IMG/VR virus record: IMGVR_UViG_3300036824_000037
Span: 32,001-96,000 of that record
DNA from: a virus
Lineage: Duplodnaviria > Caudoviricetes
DNA: 64,000 nucleotides
Direction: 5' to 3' (one strand)
Positions 52,470 to 63,269 of the stretch are shown here, piece by piece. Made by a program: the position numbers and the translations under genes. The first letter of the stretch is position 1. The number at the start of each line of letters is the position of its first letter. The notes below the pieces were generated by a model, which was given only the letters and a program-made list of their open reading frames with translations, did not search any database and was not told the origin of the DNA.

Positions 52470-52963
52470 GCCTCGCCTCCCGTCATGTCGCTCGGCACGG
52501 TGTCCGGGACCTCGACCGCCACGTCCAGCGCCGCACTCGGCGAGACGGTCAGCGAGTCCGAGCGGTCCGTGTCCAGGTCCACGACCAGGAACGTGATCGT
52601 GTCGGTGGCACGGCCGAACATGCCGGGCAAGTCCCCTTCGCGCTTGTCGGTCACCCGCAGTGCCCGTCGCCCGGGTTCGCCGCTGAGGTACCGGCCGTCG
52701 ACCGCGATCAGGGCGCCGTTGTTCACGTCGGACGCGAACGCGGCCTGCCAGGTGCGGGACTCGACAGCGGGCGCGTCGGGGGCGGCCCGCCGGTCGTGGA
52801 CGTCGCCGCACGCGCAGGGAACGCCCTGCCCGTCGCCGGCCGGTTCGCGTCCGTTGGCGGCGAGGGCGTCGCGCACCTCGGCGGCGAAGTCGGACAGGGC
52901 GTCGAAACCGGCGATGAGGATCTTGTTGCGCAGGTTCATCGGTTCTCCTTCGGTGGTCGGTGG

Positions 52964-53335
52964 TCACGCTGCCGCGGAGTCGGCGCGGGCTTTCGCCTTG
53001 GCTTTGAGCGCCCGGCGCCGCAGCGTGCGGCGCTCCTTGGAGTCCAGGCCCCCGACGACGCCGTCCGCGGGGCCGGATTCCAGGGCCCACGCCCGGCAGG
53101 GGCCGATCACGGCGCAGCGGGCGCAGATCGCCTTGGCCTGCGCGGTGAGATCGGGCTGCGAGGGCGGGGCGAAGAACAGCTCAGGGTCGGCGCCGCGGCA
53201 GGCCCCGTCGCCTCGCCACGACTGCGGGCCGGGCGCTGTGGCCGGGGGTGTGCCCGTGGGCGGTTTCGCCTGCCGGCGGCCCGGCCCGGCGGACTCCATG
53301 TGCCCGACCGGGCGGGCGGTCGTACGTGAGCGCAT
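52964..53335 (-). CDS. whiB: WhiB-family transcriptional regulator
   Basis: Four Cys (AC...CARC...C), DPELFF, GVVGG in place of the usual GVWGG, basic tail. Confidence 0.88.
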   Translation of the reverse strand: MRSRTTARPVGHMESAGPGRRQAKPPTGTPPATAPGPQSWRGDGACRGADPELFFAPPSQPDLTAQAKAICARCAVIGPCRAWALESGPADGVVGGLDSKERRTLRRRALKAKAKARADSAAA

Positions 53336-54488
53336 CTCAGGTCTCCTTCGGGGCGTCGATGTCGGCGTCCGCCACCCCGGCCAGGGCGTGGGCGAGCATG
53401 TCGGCGGCGGCCGAGAGCGCGCCCGCCCGGCTCATCTCGGCGACGGTGGCGAGCGAGCGGATCTCGCCCTGCGCGAACTCGACGCGCTCGACGACCGCCG
53501 CGAGCCGCTCGGCGCGGTGCCGTTCGCGTTCCCAGTCCTCCACGCTCGGCGCCGCGTCACCGCGACCGCACTCGGGGCAGTAGCCGCGCGAGATCTCCTT
53601 GAGCGCGGCGAGTTCCGCGGTGATCCGGTCGCGCTCCTGGTCGGACTCGGCCAGCCGGTCATGCCACCGCAGCCGCTCGACGAGCAGCGCGTGAAGAGCC
53701 TGGGCGGTGAGCGGGTACGCCTTGTCCGCCCATACCCGCTCGATCAGGTCGACCGGCGGCCACGCCGCGAGGAAAGCAGCGATCTGCTCGGCGGCCTCCA
53801 GCGGATCCATCGGGTCGGGCGTCGGGTCGGTGGCATTCACCGGGCGCCCCCTGCCGGCTCGGGCCGTGCCTGAAGGTCCGCCTCGGTGGCGTCGAACCAC
53901 TTCGTGACCGACACCTCGCGCGGCACCACCCGCACGCAGACGATGTGCTGCGCGTCGGCGTACCGCTCCCACCAGTCGTTCTCCTGGTGCTCGGTCGCCG
54001 GGTCGGCGCGCAGCAGCGACCAGGTCGTGCCGTCCGCCGGATCGCGGAAGATCACGCGGTAGACGGTGCACCAGCGGTGGTGGGAGTACTCCTCCTCGTC
54101 GATGTACGCGCCGTCGGGGCCGTGGCTCGGGTGGGGCAGCAGCATGGCGTCAAGCTGATCCGCGGTGAAGGTGCGGGTCAGGGCGGTGTCAGGCTGGCCG
54201 GTGCTGGTCAAGGTCGTTTCCCTTCGGGTCGGGTGGATGCGTGCCGCGGCCGGTAGCCGCGTTTGTCGGTGGCTTTGAGCGCCAGTTCGAGGCGCTGGTA
54301 CCGCTCGGCGGTCACCGTGGGGGTGTCGCCGTAGCGGGCGGCGTACTCGTCGGCGAGCGCCTGCAAGCACGCGGTGCGCTGCGCGGGGGTCAGGTCCGCG
54401 AGCGGGTCGGCGAGGCGCGCGGGGGTGCGCCGGGCGGGGTCGTTCAGCGGCACGGCCCGCTCCGGGTGGGTGCGGATGGTCGCGGCGG

Positions 54489-55343
54489 TCATGCGGCGTA
54501 ACCCAGGCCCAGGTCGAGGACACCCTGCGCACCCAACGGACGGTTCGACCACAGCACCTCGACCCGGGACCGTTTGCCGTCGGCGCCGTTGCCCGTGGTC
54601 GTGGACAACCGCTCGCAGTGCCAGCCCCCGTACAGCTCGTCGTAGAGCGGCGACGTGTAGCCGGACAGCACCACCGCGGCCTTGCAGGCGCCCAACGCCC
54701 CGGCCAACTCGCGGTGACCCGCTTCGCTCGCCATCTCCAGGCCGTAGCGATTCGGGCCGGACCGCGTGGTGCCGAGATACGGCGGATCGACGTACAGCAG
54801 CACGTCACGGTGCGCGCCGTACTTCGCGATCAGGTCCAGCGCAGGCAGGCACTCGAGCGTGACGGTCCGCAGCCGCTCGGCGCAGGGCGCGATCAGGTCG
54901 ACGGCGCGGTCGATGGTTGTGGCGACGGGGTGCTGGCCCCCTCCGGTTGAGGCGCGCCCGATCGCATGCCGCCAGCCCTCGTGTCCGTCGAAACGCCGCC
55001 CGCGGCCCTGGTGCAGGATCACCCAGGCCAGGCGTGCGCGCTCCAGGCCGGGCAGCGATTCGTCACCGATTCTGGCGAGCGCGTCGCTGTATTCGGCGCG
55101 GGAGTGCGGCGTCATCTCGCAGGCGCGGACCAGGTCTCCGGTGGCATCGCGCAGCACCCGCCAGAAGTTCACCAGCCGGCCGTCGAGGTCGTTGACGGTC
55201 TCCTGCGGGGACGGCGGTTTCGCGAGAAGCACCGCAAGTGAGCCACAGAACGGCTCCACGTAGTGCTGGTGCGCGGGGAGCATGCTCACAATCCACGGCG
55301 CCGTGGTGGTCTTTCCGCCGAAGTACGGGATCGCGGACTTCAT
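54489..55343 (-). CDS. DNA adenine methyltransferase (D12/Dam class)
   Basis: PYFGGK, YVEPFCGS, VNDLD, YVDPPY. Confidence 0.9.
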   Translation of the reverse strand: MKSAIPYFGGKTTTAPWIVSMLPAHQHYVEPFCGSLAVLLAKPPSPQETVNDLDGRLVNFWRVLRDATGDLVRACEMTPHSRAEYSDALARIGDESLPGLERARLAWVILHQGRGRRFDGHEGWRHAIGRASTGGGQHPVATTIDRAVDLIAPCAERLRTVTLECLPALDLIAKYGAHRDVLLYVDPPYLGTTRSGPNRYGLEMASEAGHRELAGALGACKAAVVLSGYTSPLYDELYGGWHCERLSTTTGNGADGKRSRVEVLWSNRPLGAQGVLDLGLGYAA

Positions 55344-55638
55344 GCCGCCACCTGCTCGCGCCCGCCGCGACAGCCCGGGCACAGCGGGTTGCCGCCGACG
55401 CCGTACCTGCGGCACCTCGTCGAGCAGGAGGCGCACGGACCCCACTCGGCGCCCTTCATCGCGGCATCGGACGGGGCCTGGGTCCGGACCGGGCGGGGGA
55501 TGCGCGGCGGCACCACGGGCTCGGGCAGGCCCGCGAGCGCGGACGGGGTACAGGAGCGGCACCGCAGGCCGACCAGGAACAGGCGCACCTCGTCCGTGCT
55601 GCCGCAACGCGACAAGGCGCAACGGGGCGACGTGGCGG

Positions 55639-57399
55639 TCACGCGGCACCGCCTAAGCCGAACAGCGACGGCTGGATCGGCTTGCTCAGCCTCAGCTTGG
55701 CGAGTTCCGCCGCAACCGGGTCCCGGTCGATCAGGACGCACCGGAACCCCTCCACGATCGCCGCCTCGCCCGTGGCGCCCGTCCCGCAGAAGGGGTCCAA
55801 GATCACCCCGCCCGGTGGGGTCACGAGCCTGACCAGCCATCTCATGAGATCCACGGGCTTGACCGTCGGCCATGCCGTGCCGTCCGCGAGCCGGGGACGC
55901 TCGGACGCCGCGGCCTTCGGCTCGAACTTGAAGACCGGGTAGAACCTCGAAGCGCCGCCCTCATCGTCGTGGCCGCGAATCGTGTTCGGGCCGGTCGGGC
56001 CGTTGTAGACCGCCCCGCGCCGTTCCCCGCGCCGCGATGCCGCACTGGTCGTTACCCCCGACTGCCGGTCCATCTCCGCGACCGGACAGCCCGGGGTGCA
56101 CCGGAACACGGGCACGACCTCCGGTCCGTGCAGCGGCCCGTTCGGTCGCTGATCGCCCGAGTCCGCGCCCACATCGGCGAAACCGCCCGGCCGACTGCCG
56201 CGCTCCTGCCCGCTGCGCGAGTCGCCCCGCAGCGCGCGCGCACCCACCTGCTCGCACTCCGGGGAGTGCGTCAGCAGCAGGTTCGTCGGCCAGCGGCCCA
56301 GGTCGTGCGCAGAGTCCTCACGGATCCCGGTCCACTCGCCGAGGGTGTCGCCGTTGCGCGGCGAATCGATCCCGACCACGGACGCGCACTTGTCGCGGTA
56401 CTCCGACCCGGCGCGGGTCCGGCAGGCATCCACGTTCAGGGCGCCCGTGCCGTGCTCGAGGACGTTCGCGACGGTGGCGTTGAACCCGGTCCGCTTGCGC
56501 GCCACGATGATCGGCTCGTGCGCCGGCTTCAGCTGGGTGTTCCAGCCGGTCCAGGACTTCGCCTCGTCCGTCGCCGGGGTGGTGATCGGGTACTCGCCGG
56601 CGCTGAGCCCCGCGATCTGCACCGGCGACTCGCGCCGCACCCGGAAGCCTTGGCCGACGACCTCGCGGCGGGCGAAGTCCTCGCCGATCTCGCCCTTGCG
56701 CCCGTTGAGCTCCTCGACGAGCGGCAGGACCTCCGCGTCGTCGAACCCGAGCGCGTCGCGCAGCACCGCCCACTGCTCCAGCGTCGGCACGACCGCGGCC
56801 TTGCCGGCGATCGCGCACCAGTGGCTGGCCATCCCGTTGAACCCGAACAGCGCGTCGATGCGGGCCGTGGTCCAACCGCCAGTGTCGCGGGCATCCCGCA
56901 GCCACGCCGTGACCCGCAGTACGCCCTCGCGGTCGTCGCGGTGGCGGTCGATCGCCTTGCCGATGTCCTGGCCTTTCGGCATCCCCTGGCCGTACGCCCA
57001 CACGAGCGCAGGGCCGATGGAGGAGATCTCGTCTCGGATCTCGAACCCGGCGATCCGGATCGACAGGCCCATCAGGTCGTAGGTGCGCGGCGCGGCGAAG
57101 CACAGCAGGTGGCCGCCGGGCTTGAGCACCCGGTGGCACTCGTCCCACACGCCGGGTGGGGGCACGAAGCTGTCCCACGATTTCGACATGAACCCCTTAC
57201 CGTCGGGGACGTGGGTGCGGTCCCCGGCCATCCACGCGGCGATGGCCTGCAGCACGGTGGCGGTGGACAGCTCGGCCAGGCCGTACGGCGGGTCGCAGAT
57301 CACCGCGTCGATCGACTCGTCCGCGAGTGTGGGCAGCACGTCGAGGCTGTCGCCGAGGTGCAGCACGCAGCCGTCGCCGTCGTCGAAGTACGGCTTCAC
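55639..57399 (-). CDS. N6/N4 DNA methyltransferase (beta class) with internal insertion
   Basis: DPPY near N-terminus; PTVKP and LDPFCGTG near C-terminus; HTH-like insert. Confidence 0.88.
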   Translation of the reverse strand: MKPYFDDGDGCVLHLGDSLDVLPTLADESIDAVICDPPYGLAELSTATVLQAIAAWMAGDRTHVPDGKGFMSKSWDSFVPPPGVWDECHRVLKPGGHLLCFAAPRTYDLMGLSIRIAGFEIRDEISSIGPALVWAYGQGMPKGQDIGKAIDRHRDDREGVLRVTAWLRDARDTGGWTTARIDALFGFNGMASHWCAIAGKAAVVPTLEQWAVLRDALGFDDAEVLPLVEELNGRKGEIGEDFARREVVGQGFRVRRESPVQIAGLSAGEYPITTPATDEAKSWTGWNTQLKPAHEPIIVARKRTGFNATVANVLEHGTGALNVDACRTRAGSEYRDKCASVVGIDSPRNGDTLGEWTGIREDSAHDLGRWPTNLLLTHSPECEQVGARALRGDSRSGQERGSRPGGFADVGADSGDQRPNGPLHGPEVVPVFRCTPGCPVAEMDRQSGVTTSAASRRGERRGAVYNGPTGPNTIRGHDDEGGASRFYPVFKFEPKAAASERPRLADGTAWPTVKPVDLMRWLVRLVTPPGGVILDPFCGTGATGEAAIVEGFRCVLIDRDPVAAELAKLRLSKPIQPSLFGLGGAA

Positions 57400-58518
57400 G
57401 TCGCGCTCCCCGCCGCGTCGCCCGCGTTCCCGGCCGAACCGGCGTGCGGGTCGCCCTGCGCGGCGGCGTAGGCGTTCTCCAGCTCGACGTAGATCCCGGT
57501 GACGTCCTCGTTGAGTTCGCAGAGGTCCTGCGCCCAGCGTTCGTCGTCCGGGGGCGGCGCCTCGTTCGCGTCGAAGTGCAGCAGCCCCGAGACCTTGCCC
57601 TGGATCTGCTCGACGCCGACCATCAGCCGGTCCGCGAGCAGCGACGCGGCCAGGACCTGACGCAGGTCGCCGAAGGTGGCGCTGTACCCGGCGATGTCGA
57701 AGATCGGTGTGTCGTCGCCGATCTCGCCGTCCTGCGCGGCCTGGTCGATCAGGTCCTGGATCCGGTGGGCGGCGGTGTCCGCGCCGCCCGTTGTCGTGTC
57801 CTTCATGTTCTGGGTGGTCATGTGGCGGTTCCTCCACGGCTCGGGTGGCTCAAAGGCGGTCGTGCGGCGCGCTGCGGGCGTTCCGGAGGGCTCGCAGGCG
57901 GCGGGTGGTGCCGGACGGCTGCGCGGCGCGGTCACGGGGCGGCGCCGTCGGTCGGGTCCGGGTCGGGCAGGTACATGGCGCTGATCGCGGCGAGTCCGTC
58001 GGTGAGGGTGCGCAGGTATGCGTTGGCGTCGGCCTCCGCGCCGCGGTCGCGCTGCGGCCACCGGCCACTGCGTCCGACGATGGCCCAGTACGCGGTGTCG
58101 AGGCGCCGCAGGTCGGCCAGCGCCGTGAACGCTGCCGGGTCGATGCGTTGGGCGCAGGTGTCGCAGACGGTGGCGACGTGGTCGGCGGCGAGGGCGAACA
58201 CGAGGGTGTTCAGTTCCTCGGGGATGGGCTGGTGGCAGGTGGCGCAGGGGGAGGTGAACGGGCGCGCCGCGATCCGGAGCGCGGGGTCGCCGGGGAACTC
58301 CCGCTCGCACACGGCGTCGTCGTGGAAACCGCAGTCGGGGCAGTGGTGTCCGTGCGGTGTGCAGACCAGGGGCTGGGTGCAGGTGGGGCAGCGGCCCCGG
58401 GTCGGGTTCGCGGTCTGGGTGGCGGTCATGGTGTGGCTCCTTCCGGGGCCGGAGGGGTTGCGGGGTTCGGGGTGGTTCCGGATGGCTTGCGCCGTCAGCG
58501 AGTGCGGCGTGCTGGAGA

Positions 58519-59946
58519 TCACCGGGCATCCCCCGCGGCGCTCGACGGGGTCCATGAGTTGGGGGCCTTGTCGACCATGCGTCCGTAGTGGCCCTGGAAC
58601 AGGGCTTCGGCGGTGAACGGGGCGCCGCTGCGCTGCTTCTCGACGATGACCTCGATCAGCCCGGCCTTGTTCTCCTCGCCGTACAGCTCGGGCCGGTGCA
58701 GCAGGAGCACGTTGTCGGCGTCCTGCTCCAGTGAGCCGGACTCGCGCAGGTCGGACTTGGTGGGCCGCTTGTCGGAGCGCTTCTCGGACTCCCGGTTGAG
58801 CTGGGCGAGGGCGACGATCGGGATGTCGAACTCGCCCGCCATGATCTTCAGTCCGCGGGAGAGCGCGGCGACGGACTGCTCGCGGTTCTGCTCCCGGGGC
58901 GGGGTGACCAGTTGCAGGTAGTCCACGATCAGCAGGTCGCAGCCGGGTCCGCGGCGCAGGGTGCGCACGAGGTTGCGCAGGTAGCTCAGGTCGAGTTGGC
59001 GCGTGTCGTCGATGCGCAGCGGCGCCTCGGTGATCCGGTCCACGACGGAGGCGATGCGCGCCCAGTCGCCTTCGTCGAGCCGGTCGTCGTCGATGCGGCC
59101 CATGTCGACGCGGGCCTCGGAGCACACGAGCCGGTCCATGACCTCGTCGCCGGTCATCTCGAGCGACGCGAGCAGGACCGGGTGGCCCATGCGCATGGCG
59201 GTGGCGCGGGCGATGCACAGGCCCAGGACGCTTTTGCCGGTTCCGGGGCGCCCCGCGATGAGGGTGACCTGGCCGGGCTTGAAGCCGCGGAACCGGTCGT
59301 CGAGGTCGCGCAGCCCGAAGCAGCCCATGGAGGGCTTGACCTCGCGGGGCTTCTCGAACCGGTCGAGGGTGCGCGGCAGGCGGTCGCCGGCGGACGGCGG
59401 CATGTCGCTGGGGTTGTCGGCCTCGGCCTCGTCGAGCAGCACGCGGGCGCGGGCGAGCGCGGCGGGGATGTCGTCGCGGGTGATGGTGCGGGCGAGGCCG
59501 ACGAGGTTGTGGCCGATGCGGCCGACGGCGCGCAGCTTGGCGCACTGGCGGATGACGGCCGCGTGCGAGGGTGCGGCGTCGGGGATCGGGATGTTCTCGC
59601 AGAGCCCGTACACGTAGGCCGCGGGGATGGCGCCGAGCCGTCCGCGCTCGCGCAGTTCGCTGATCACGCTGAGCGGGTCGGTGAACCGGCTGTCGCGGCG
59701 CAGTTCGAGGATGATCTGGGCGACCTCTTCGAGCTTCGCGTCGGCGAAGTGCTCGGGGCGCACCTGCTGGAAGACGTCGTCGATGATCCGGGGTGCGGTG
59801 AGCATGGAGCCGACGACGATGCGCTCGGCGTCCTGGTCGCGGGCTCCGGTGGCGCCGCCGTCGAGGTGCGCCCAGGGGTCGTTCTCCATGGGGGCGATCT
59901 GGACGTTGTCGTAGCCGCCGCCCCAGTCGACGTCGGTGGTGGTCAC
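58519..59946 (-). CDS. dnaB: Replicative DNA helicase DnaB
   Basis: AGRPGTGKS, SLEM, IVDYLQL, LAQLNR, DLRESGSLEQDAD, KQRSG. Confidence 0.95.
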   Translation of the reverse strand: MTTTDVDWGGGYDNVQIAPMENDPWAHLDGGATGARDQDAERIVVGSMLTAPRIIDDVFQQVRPEHFADAKLEEVAQIILELRRDSRFTDPLSVISELRERGRLGAIPAAYVYGLCENIPIPDAAPSHAAVIRQCAKLRAVGRIGHNLVGLARTITRDDIPAALARARVLLDEAEADNPSDMPPSAGDRLPRTLDRFEKPREVKPSMGCFGLRDLDDRFRGFKPGQVTLIAGRPGTGKSVLGLCIARATAMRMGHPVLLASLEMTGDEVMDRLVCSEARVDMGRIDDDRLDEGDWARIASVVDRITEAPLRIDDTRQLDLSYLRNLVRTLRRGPGCDLLIVDYLQLVTPPREQNREQSVAALSRGLKIMAGEFDIPIVALAQLNRESEKRSDKRPTKSDLRESGSLEQDADNVLLLHRPELYGEENKAGLIEVIVEKQRSGAPFTAEALFQGHYGRMVDKAPNSWTPSSAAGDAR

Positions 59947-60632
59947 TTGGCCCTCCGGCGGTCGGTGCCGCGCAGTTCGACCTGGGTGCACATCGCGGCG
60001 AGGCGGGACGCGGTGCGGTCTCCGATGGCTTTGCGCAGGTCGTCGACCCTCAGGTTGGTGGTGAGGATCATCGGGAGGTTCTGTTCGTAGCGGTGGTTGA
60101 CCAGCCGGTAGGTGACGTCCTCGGTGAACTGGGTGTCTTTGGCGGCGCCGACGTCGTCGAGCAGGAGCAGGTCGAGGTCGGCGTAGCGGGTGAACACCTC
60201 GTGGCTGTCGATGCCGTCGCGGGGGCGCAGTTCGGCGTAGAGGTCGACGGCGGAGGTGCCGCGCCAGCCGATCGGTGGCCGGCCGGATTCGGCGATGAGG
60301 CGTAGTGCGCCGTATGCCTGGTGTGTTTTTCCGGTGCCGGCGTTGCCGAGCAGTAGCAGCGAGCCGCAGGCGGCGCGGTCGGCGATGTAGGCGCGGGCCC
60401 AGCGGATCACCTCGGGGTGGTCGGCGTGGGCGTTGCGGAACAGGGGCGGGGTCCACAGGTGCAGGCAGCGCTGGGCGGTGGCGCGGTTCTGGGCGATGGT
60501 TTCGTCGGGGGTGGGTGGCGCGTCGGGGTTGTGGTCGGGGTCGGGTGTGGTGTCGCGGGCTCGGGCGAACCGGTCGAGCAGGGTTGCGGTGTCGGCCAGG
60601 CCGCGGCGCGGGCGGGGGTCGTCGGCGGGCAT
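59943..60632 (-). CDS. DnaC/IstB-like helicase loader ATPase
   Basis: GNAGTGKT, LLLLDDVG, NHRY, ILTTN, DRTASRL. Confidence 0.9.
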   Translation of the reverse strand: MPADDPRPRRGLADTATLLDRFARARDTTPDPDHNPDAPPTPDETIAQNRATAQRCLHLWTPPLFRNAHADHPEVIRWARAYIADRAACGSLLLLGNAGTGKTHQAYGALRLIAESGRPPIGWRGTSAVDLYAELRPRDGIDSHEVFTRYADLDLLLLDDVGAAKDTQFTEDVTYRLVNHRYEQNLPMILTTNLRVDDLRKAIGDRTASRLAAMCTQVELRGTDRRRAK

Positions 60633-60643
60633 CGTGGGGCCTT

Positions 60644-61516
60644 TCACAGGTTGCCCGCGTAGGGGCGCTCGTCGTCGGGGTCTTCGAGGTACGCCTGATA
60701 GCCGCCGGACGCGCGGGCGTCGTGCGGCTGCTTGGGCTCGTCCTCCCAGCAGCGCTTGTTCAGCCAGGTCGCGGGGAGTTTGGTGTAGGTGGCGTCCTGG
60801 CCCTTGCGGCTGATCGCGTACAGCGCTGCGGCGTCGATGACCAGTTGGGGGTCGGCGCCGACGTCTTCGATCGCCTTGGTCCAGGCGGCTTCGGCTTCGC
60901 CGGGGGCCTCGCGTCTGGGGTATGCGCGGTAGAACTCGTCGAACCGGGGCGCTACGGGGCGGTTGGCTCGCGATCGTGTGCGGCGCTTCGTGGCGGACTG
61001 TGCGCCGGAAGAAGAAGACGAAGTCTTCTTCTTATCTATATCTGTCTCTGTCTCTGTCTCTGCTTCGTTTTGCTTGCCGTTTGCTTCAAGCGAACCCGAA
61101 GCACTTGCTTCGTGTTTTGCTTCACTGCGCCGGGTTGCCCCGGAGGCCTTACCTCCCCGCTGACCTGCGGCTGCGCGCTTCTCGGACAACTCGCGGACCT
61201 CGGCTGCGCTGCGCTGGTGGTCGAGGTAGTCGTGGACCACGTACACGTCGCCGATGCCTTGAGGGCAGTCCTTGCAGTCGTGTGAAGCGGGATGCCACAG
61301 ATTTGCTTCGAGCAACCGCGAAGCAAGTGCTTCGCTTTTGCTTAGGTCCGTCAGGCGCGCCACCATGCGCGCCGGGATCATGCCGTCCGTCAACTGCCGC
61401 GAGCAGTAGCAGAGCCCCGAGACGTACAGCCACGCAGCCTCACCGCCCACCTCGGCGATCTTCGGGTGGTCGGGCAGGCCGTCATGCAGCCGGACGTACG
61501 TACGGCGGTCGGCCAT
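60644..61516 (-). CDS. Phage replication initiator (replisome organiser)
   Basis: DHPKI...LCYC...HDYLDHQ, RAAAGQRGGKAS, FDEFYRAYPRR, PATWLN...WEDE; upstream of DnaC and DnaB. Confidence 0.8.
   Translation of the reverse strand: MADRRTYVRLHDGLPDHPKIAEVGGEAAWLYVSGLCYCSRQLTDGMIPARMVARLTDLSKSEALASRLLEANLWHPASHDCKDCPQGIGDVYVVHDYLDHQRSAAEVRELSEKRAAAGQRGGKASGATRRSEAKHEASASGSLEANGKQNEAETETETDIDKKKTSSSSSGAQSATKRRTRSRANRPVAPRFDEFYRAYPRREAPGEAEAAWTKAIEDVGADPQLVIDAAALYAISRKGQDATYTKLPATWLNKRCWEDEPKQPHDARASGGYQAYLEDPDDERPYAGNL
61041..61343. repeat. Iteron-like TGCTT(C) repeats inside the initiator gene (putative origin 3)
   Basis: Clusters of TGCTT(C)/AAGCA at about 61061-61123 and 61302-61343, next to TCTGTC tandem and an AT-rich stretch. 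Confidence 0.6.
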
Positions 61517-61627
61517 AGGACCGGCGCCTCCTTGCTATGGGTCGATGGGGCGGAGGGCTGCGTTCCGGCGCTCGCGCCGGGCGGCTGGTATCTCGCGGGA
61601 TCAGCCGCCCGGCGCTGCGGCGCGCAG

Positions 61628-61969
61628 TCAGGCGGCGACGAGTTCGGCCAGACGGCGGATGGTGTCGGCGGTGAGTGACGGCTCGGCGTACCGCTCGGCG
61701 AGGTCCGCGGCCTGGAGCATCTGGAGCGCGACGAGGCGGGCCTGCTGCGGGGTGAAGTCGTGCGACGGCGACTCGAGCTCGATCAGGCGCACGGTGGGCG
61801 GCTCGCCGTCGCACTGGCTCACGATCACGGGGCCGTCGGTGCCGAAGAATTCGAGCGCGGTGCCGTGCTGGCTGTAGCTGGTGGGGTCGGCGTGCCCCTC
61901 GCAGAACGGCGGACAGGTCGAGAGCCTGTCGAAGATGCCGTTGGGGGCGGGACCGGTAACCTCTGCCAT
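61628..61969 (-). CDS. DUF6907-like protein
   Basis: TCPPFCEGH...FTPQQARLVALQMLQAAD; resembles 37301..37666. Confidence 0.55.
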   Translation of the reverse strand: MAEVTGPAPNGIFDRLSTCPPFCEGHADPTSYSQHGTALEFFGTDGPVIVSQCDGEPPTVRLIELESPSHDFTPQQARLVALQMLQAADLAERYAEPSLTADTIRRLAELVAA

Positions 61970-62058
61970 GTGGCTCACTACTCCCGGTTGCATCGGGTGA
62001 TGGGCCTAGGCCTCGACCAGTGATCTCACCCGCCGGTCGGGGCCGCCCTGACGCTCCG

Positions 62059-62088
62059 AGTCTAGGTTGTGCAACCGTATCTGCACAA
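62059..62088 (-). promoter_or_regulatory. Putative promoter of the replication operon with operator in the spacer
   Basis: TTGTGC-18-TAGACT on - strand; imperfect palindrome GGTTGTGCAACC at 62065-62076. Confidence 0.5.
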
Positions 62089-62210
62089 GTAAGCTGTGAC
62101 ACATGAACCGAGTCCGCTTGCTGCACCCAACCGGAGCGCCCCGGCCGCCACGCAACCCCAGCCCGATAGGCCATCTCCACTTGGCCAAGTCCGTGTGCGA
62201 CCATGTCCCC

Positions 62211-62501
62211 GTGGCGCGCATCGACCCCGACGACAACGACCCGGCACTCGCCCCCGTGATGGCAGCCGTCGCGGCGCTGACGGATGCCGAAAAGGCGGTT
62301 GAGTCGCGTCGTGCTGAGCTCGGCAAGGCGGTGGCCGAGGCCATCCGCAACGGAGTGAAGCCCGCCGTCCTGGTGCGGAAGACGAAGAAGTCCGCAGAGA
62401 CCATCCGCACGTGGGCTCGCGCAAACGGTGTCGATCCCCTGCGGGACCCACGAGGCGCCGCGAAGTCCGCTGCCAAGCACGCCGCGTCCGCCGAGGACTG
62501 A
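62211..62501 (+). CDS. Small HTH repressor
   Basis: GVKPAVLVRKTKKSAETIRTWARANGV; divergent from the replication operon. Confidence 0.6.
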   Translation: MARIDPDDNDPALAPVMAAVAALTDAEKAVESRRAELGKAVAEAIRNGVKPAVLVRKTKKSAETIRTWARANGVDPLRDPRGAAKSAAKHAASAED

Positions 62502-63269
62502 CCGGTGCCGCCGAAGCCGCTGCCCGAGGTCCAGGAAGCTGGCGGCGCGGTCGAGGATTGACCGGTGAATCCCCCCCGTGACCGTTGGGCGCGTCACCGT
62601 GGACTCCCGGCGGGTTCACGCGCGGGCCGCAGGCACCCGCCACCCGACCCGACCGCCCGCAGCAGCGCACCCCAGTCCGTCGCCGGCAACCACCGCTTGT
62701 CCAGCAGGTGCGCCGTCCACTCCACCAACTTCGGCCACGACGAGATCTGCTCGACCGCGATCTCGTACGACCCCTCATCCCGGTCCGTCTGGCACGCGTC
62801 GTGCAGCATCCGCCAATGCGGCACCGACGGAAGCGCGAACAGCGCCTCCCAATCCAGCGAGGGCGTGTCCGGGATCGCGGACTGCGCCGACTCGAGCGCG
62901 TTGATCTCCCGGTAGGGGACGTACAGCGACCCCTGGCCGGCCGGGATGGGCTTCTTGCACGCGTCGCATATGGCGATCAGTTCGTCGGGCATGATTCGTC
63001 TCCTGATTCGACGGATTGGGTAGCGCAGATCAAAGTGACGGTGAGCGTCGACCCGTCGGGGCGGTGCACCCCGAGCCGGTGCGGCTGCGGTTCGAGCCGG
63101 CGGCCGTCGGGGGTGCGGATGACGGGCTCGGAGCACTGCGGGCAGCGCTGCGTCGTGGTTGTGGTCACCCCTCCTCGCCCCCGTCCGCACCGGGTTCGGC
63201 GAGCAGCTCGGCGAGGCGCGATCCGGCCAACCCGTGCCGATCACGTCCTTCGCTCGCTACGGTGGTCGC

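Noticed and set aside
56500-57000. Intein in the large methyltransferase
   Set aside because: No N-terminal Cys/Ser block, no His-Asn end, no LAGLIDADG motifs.
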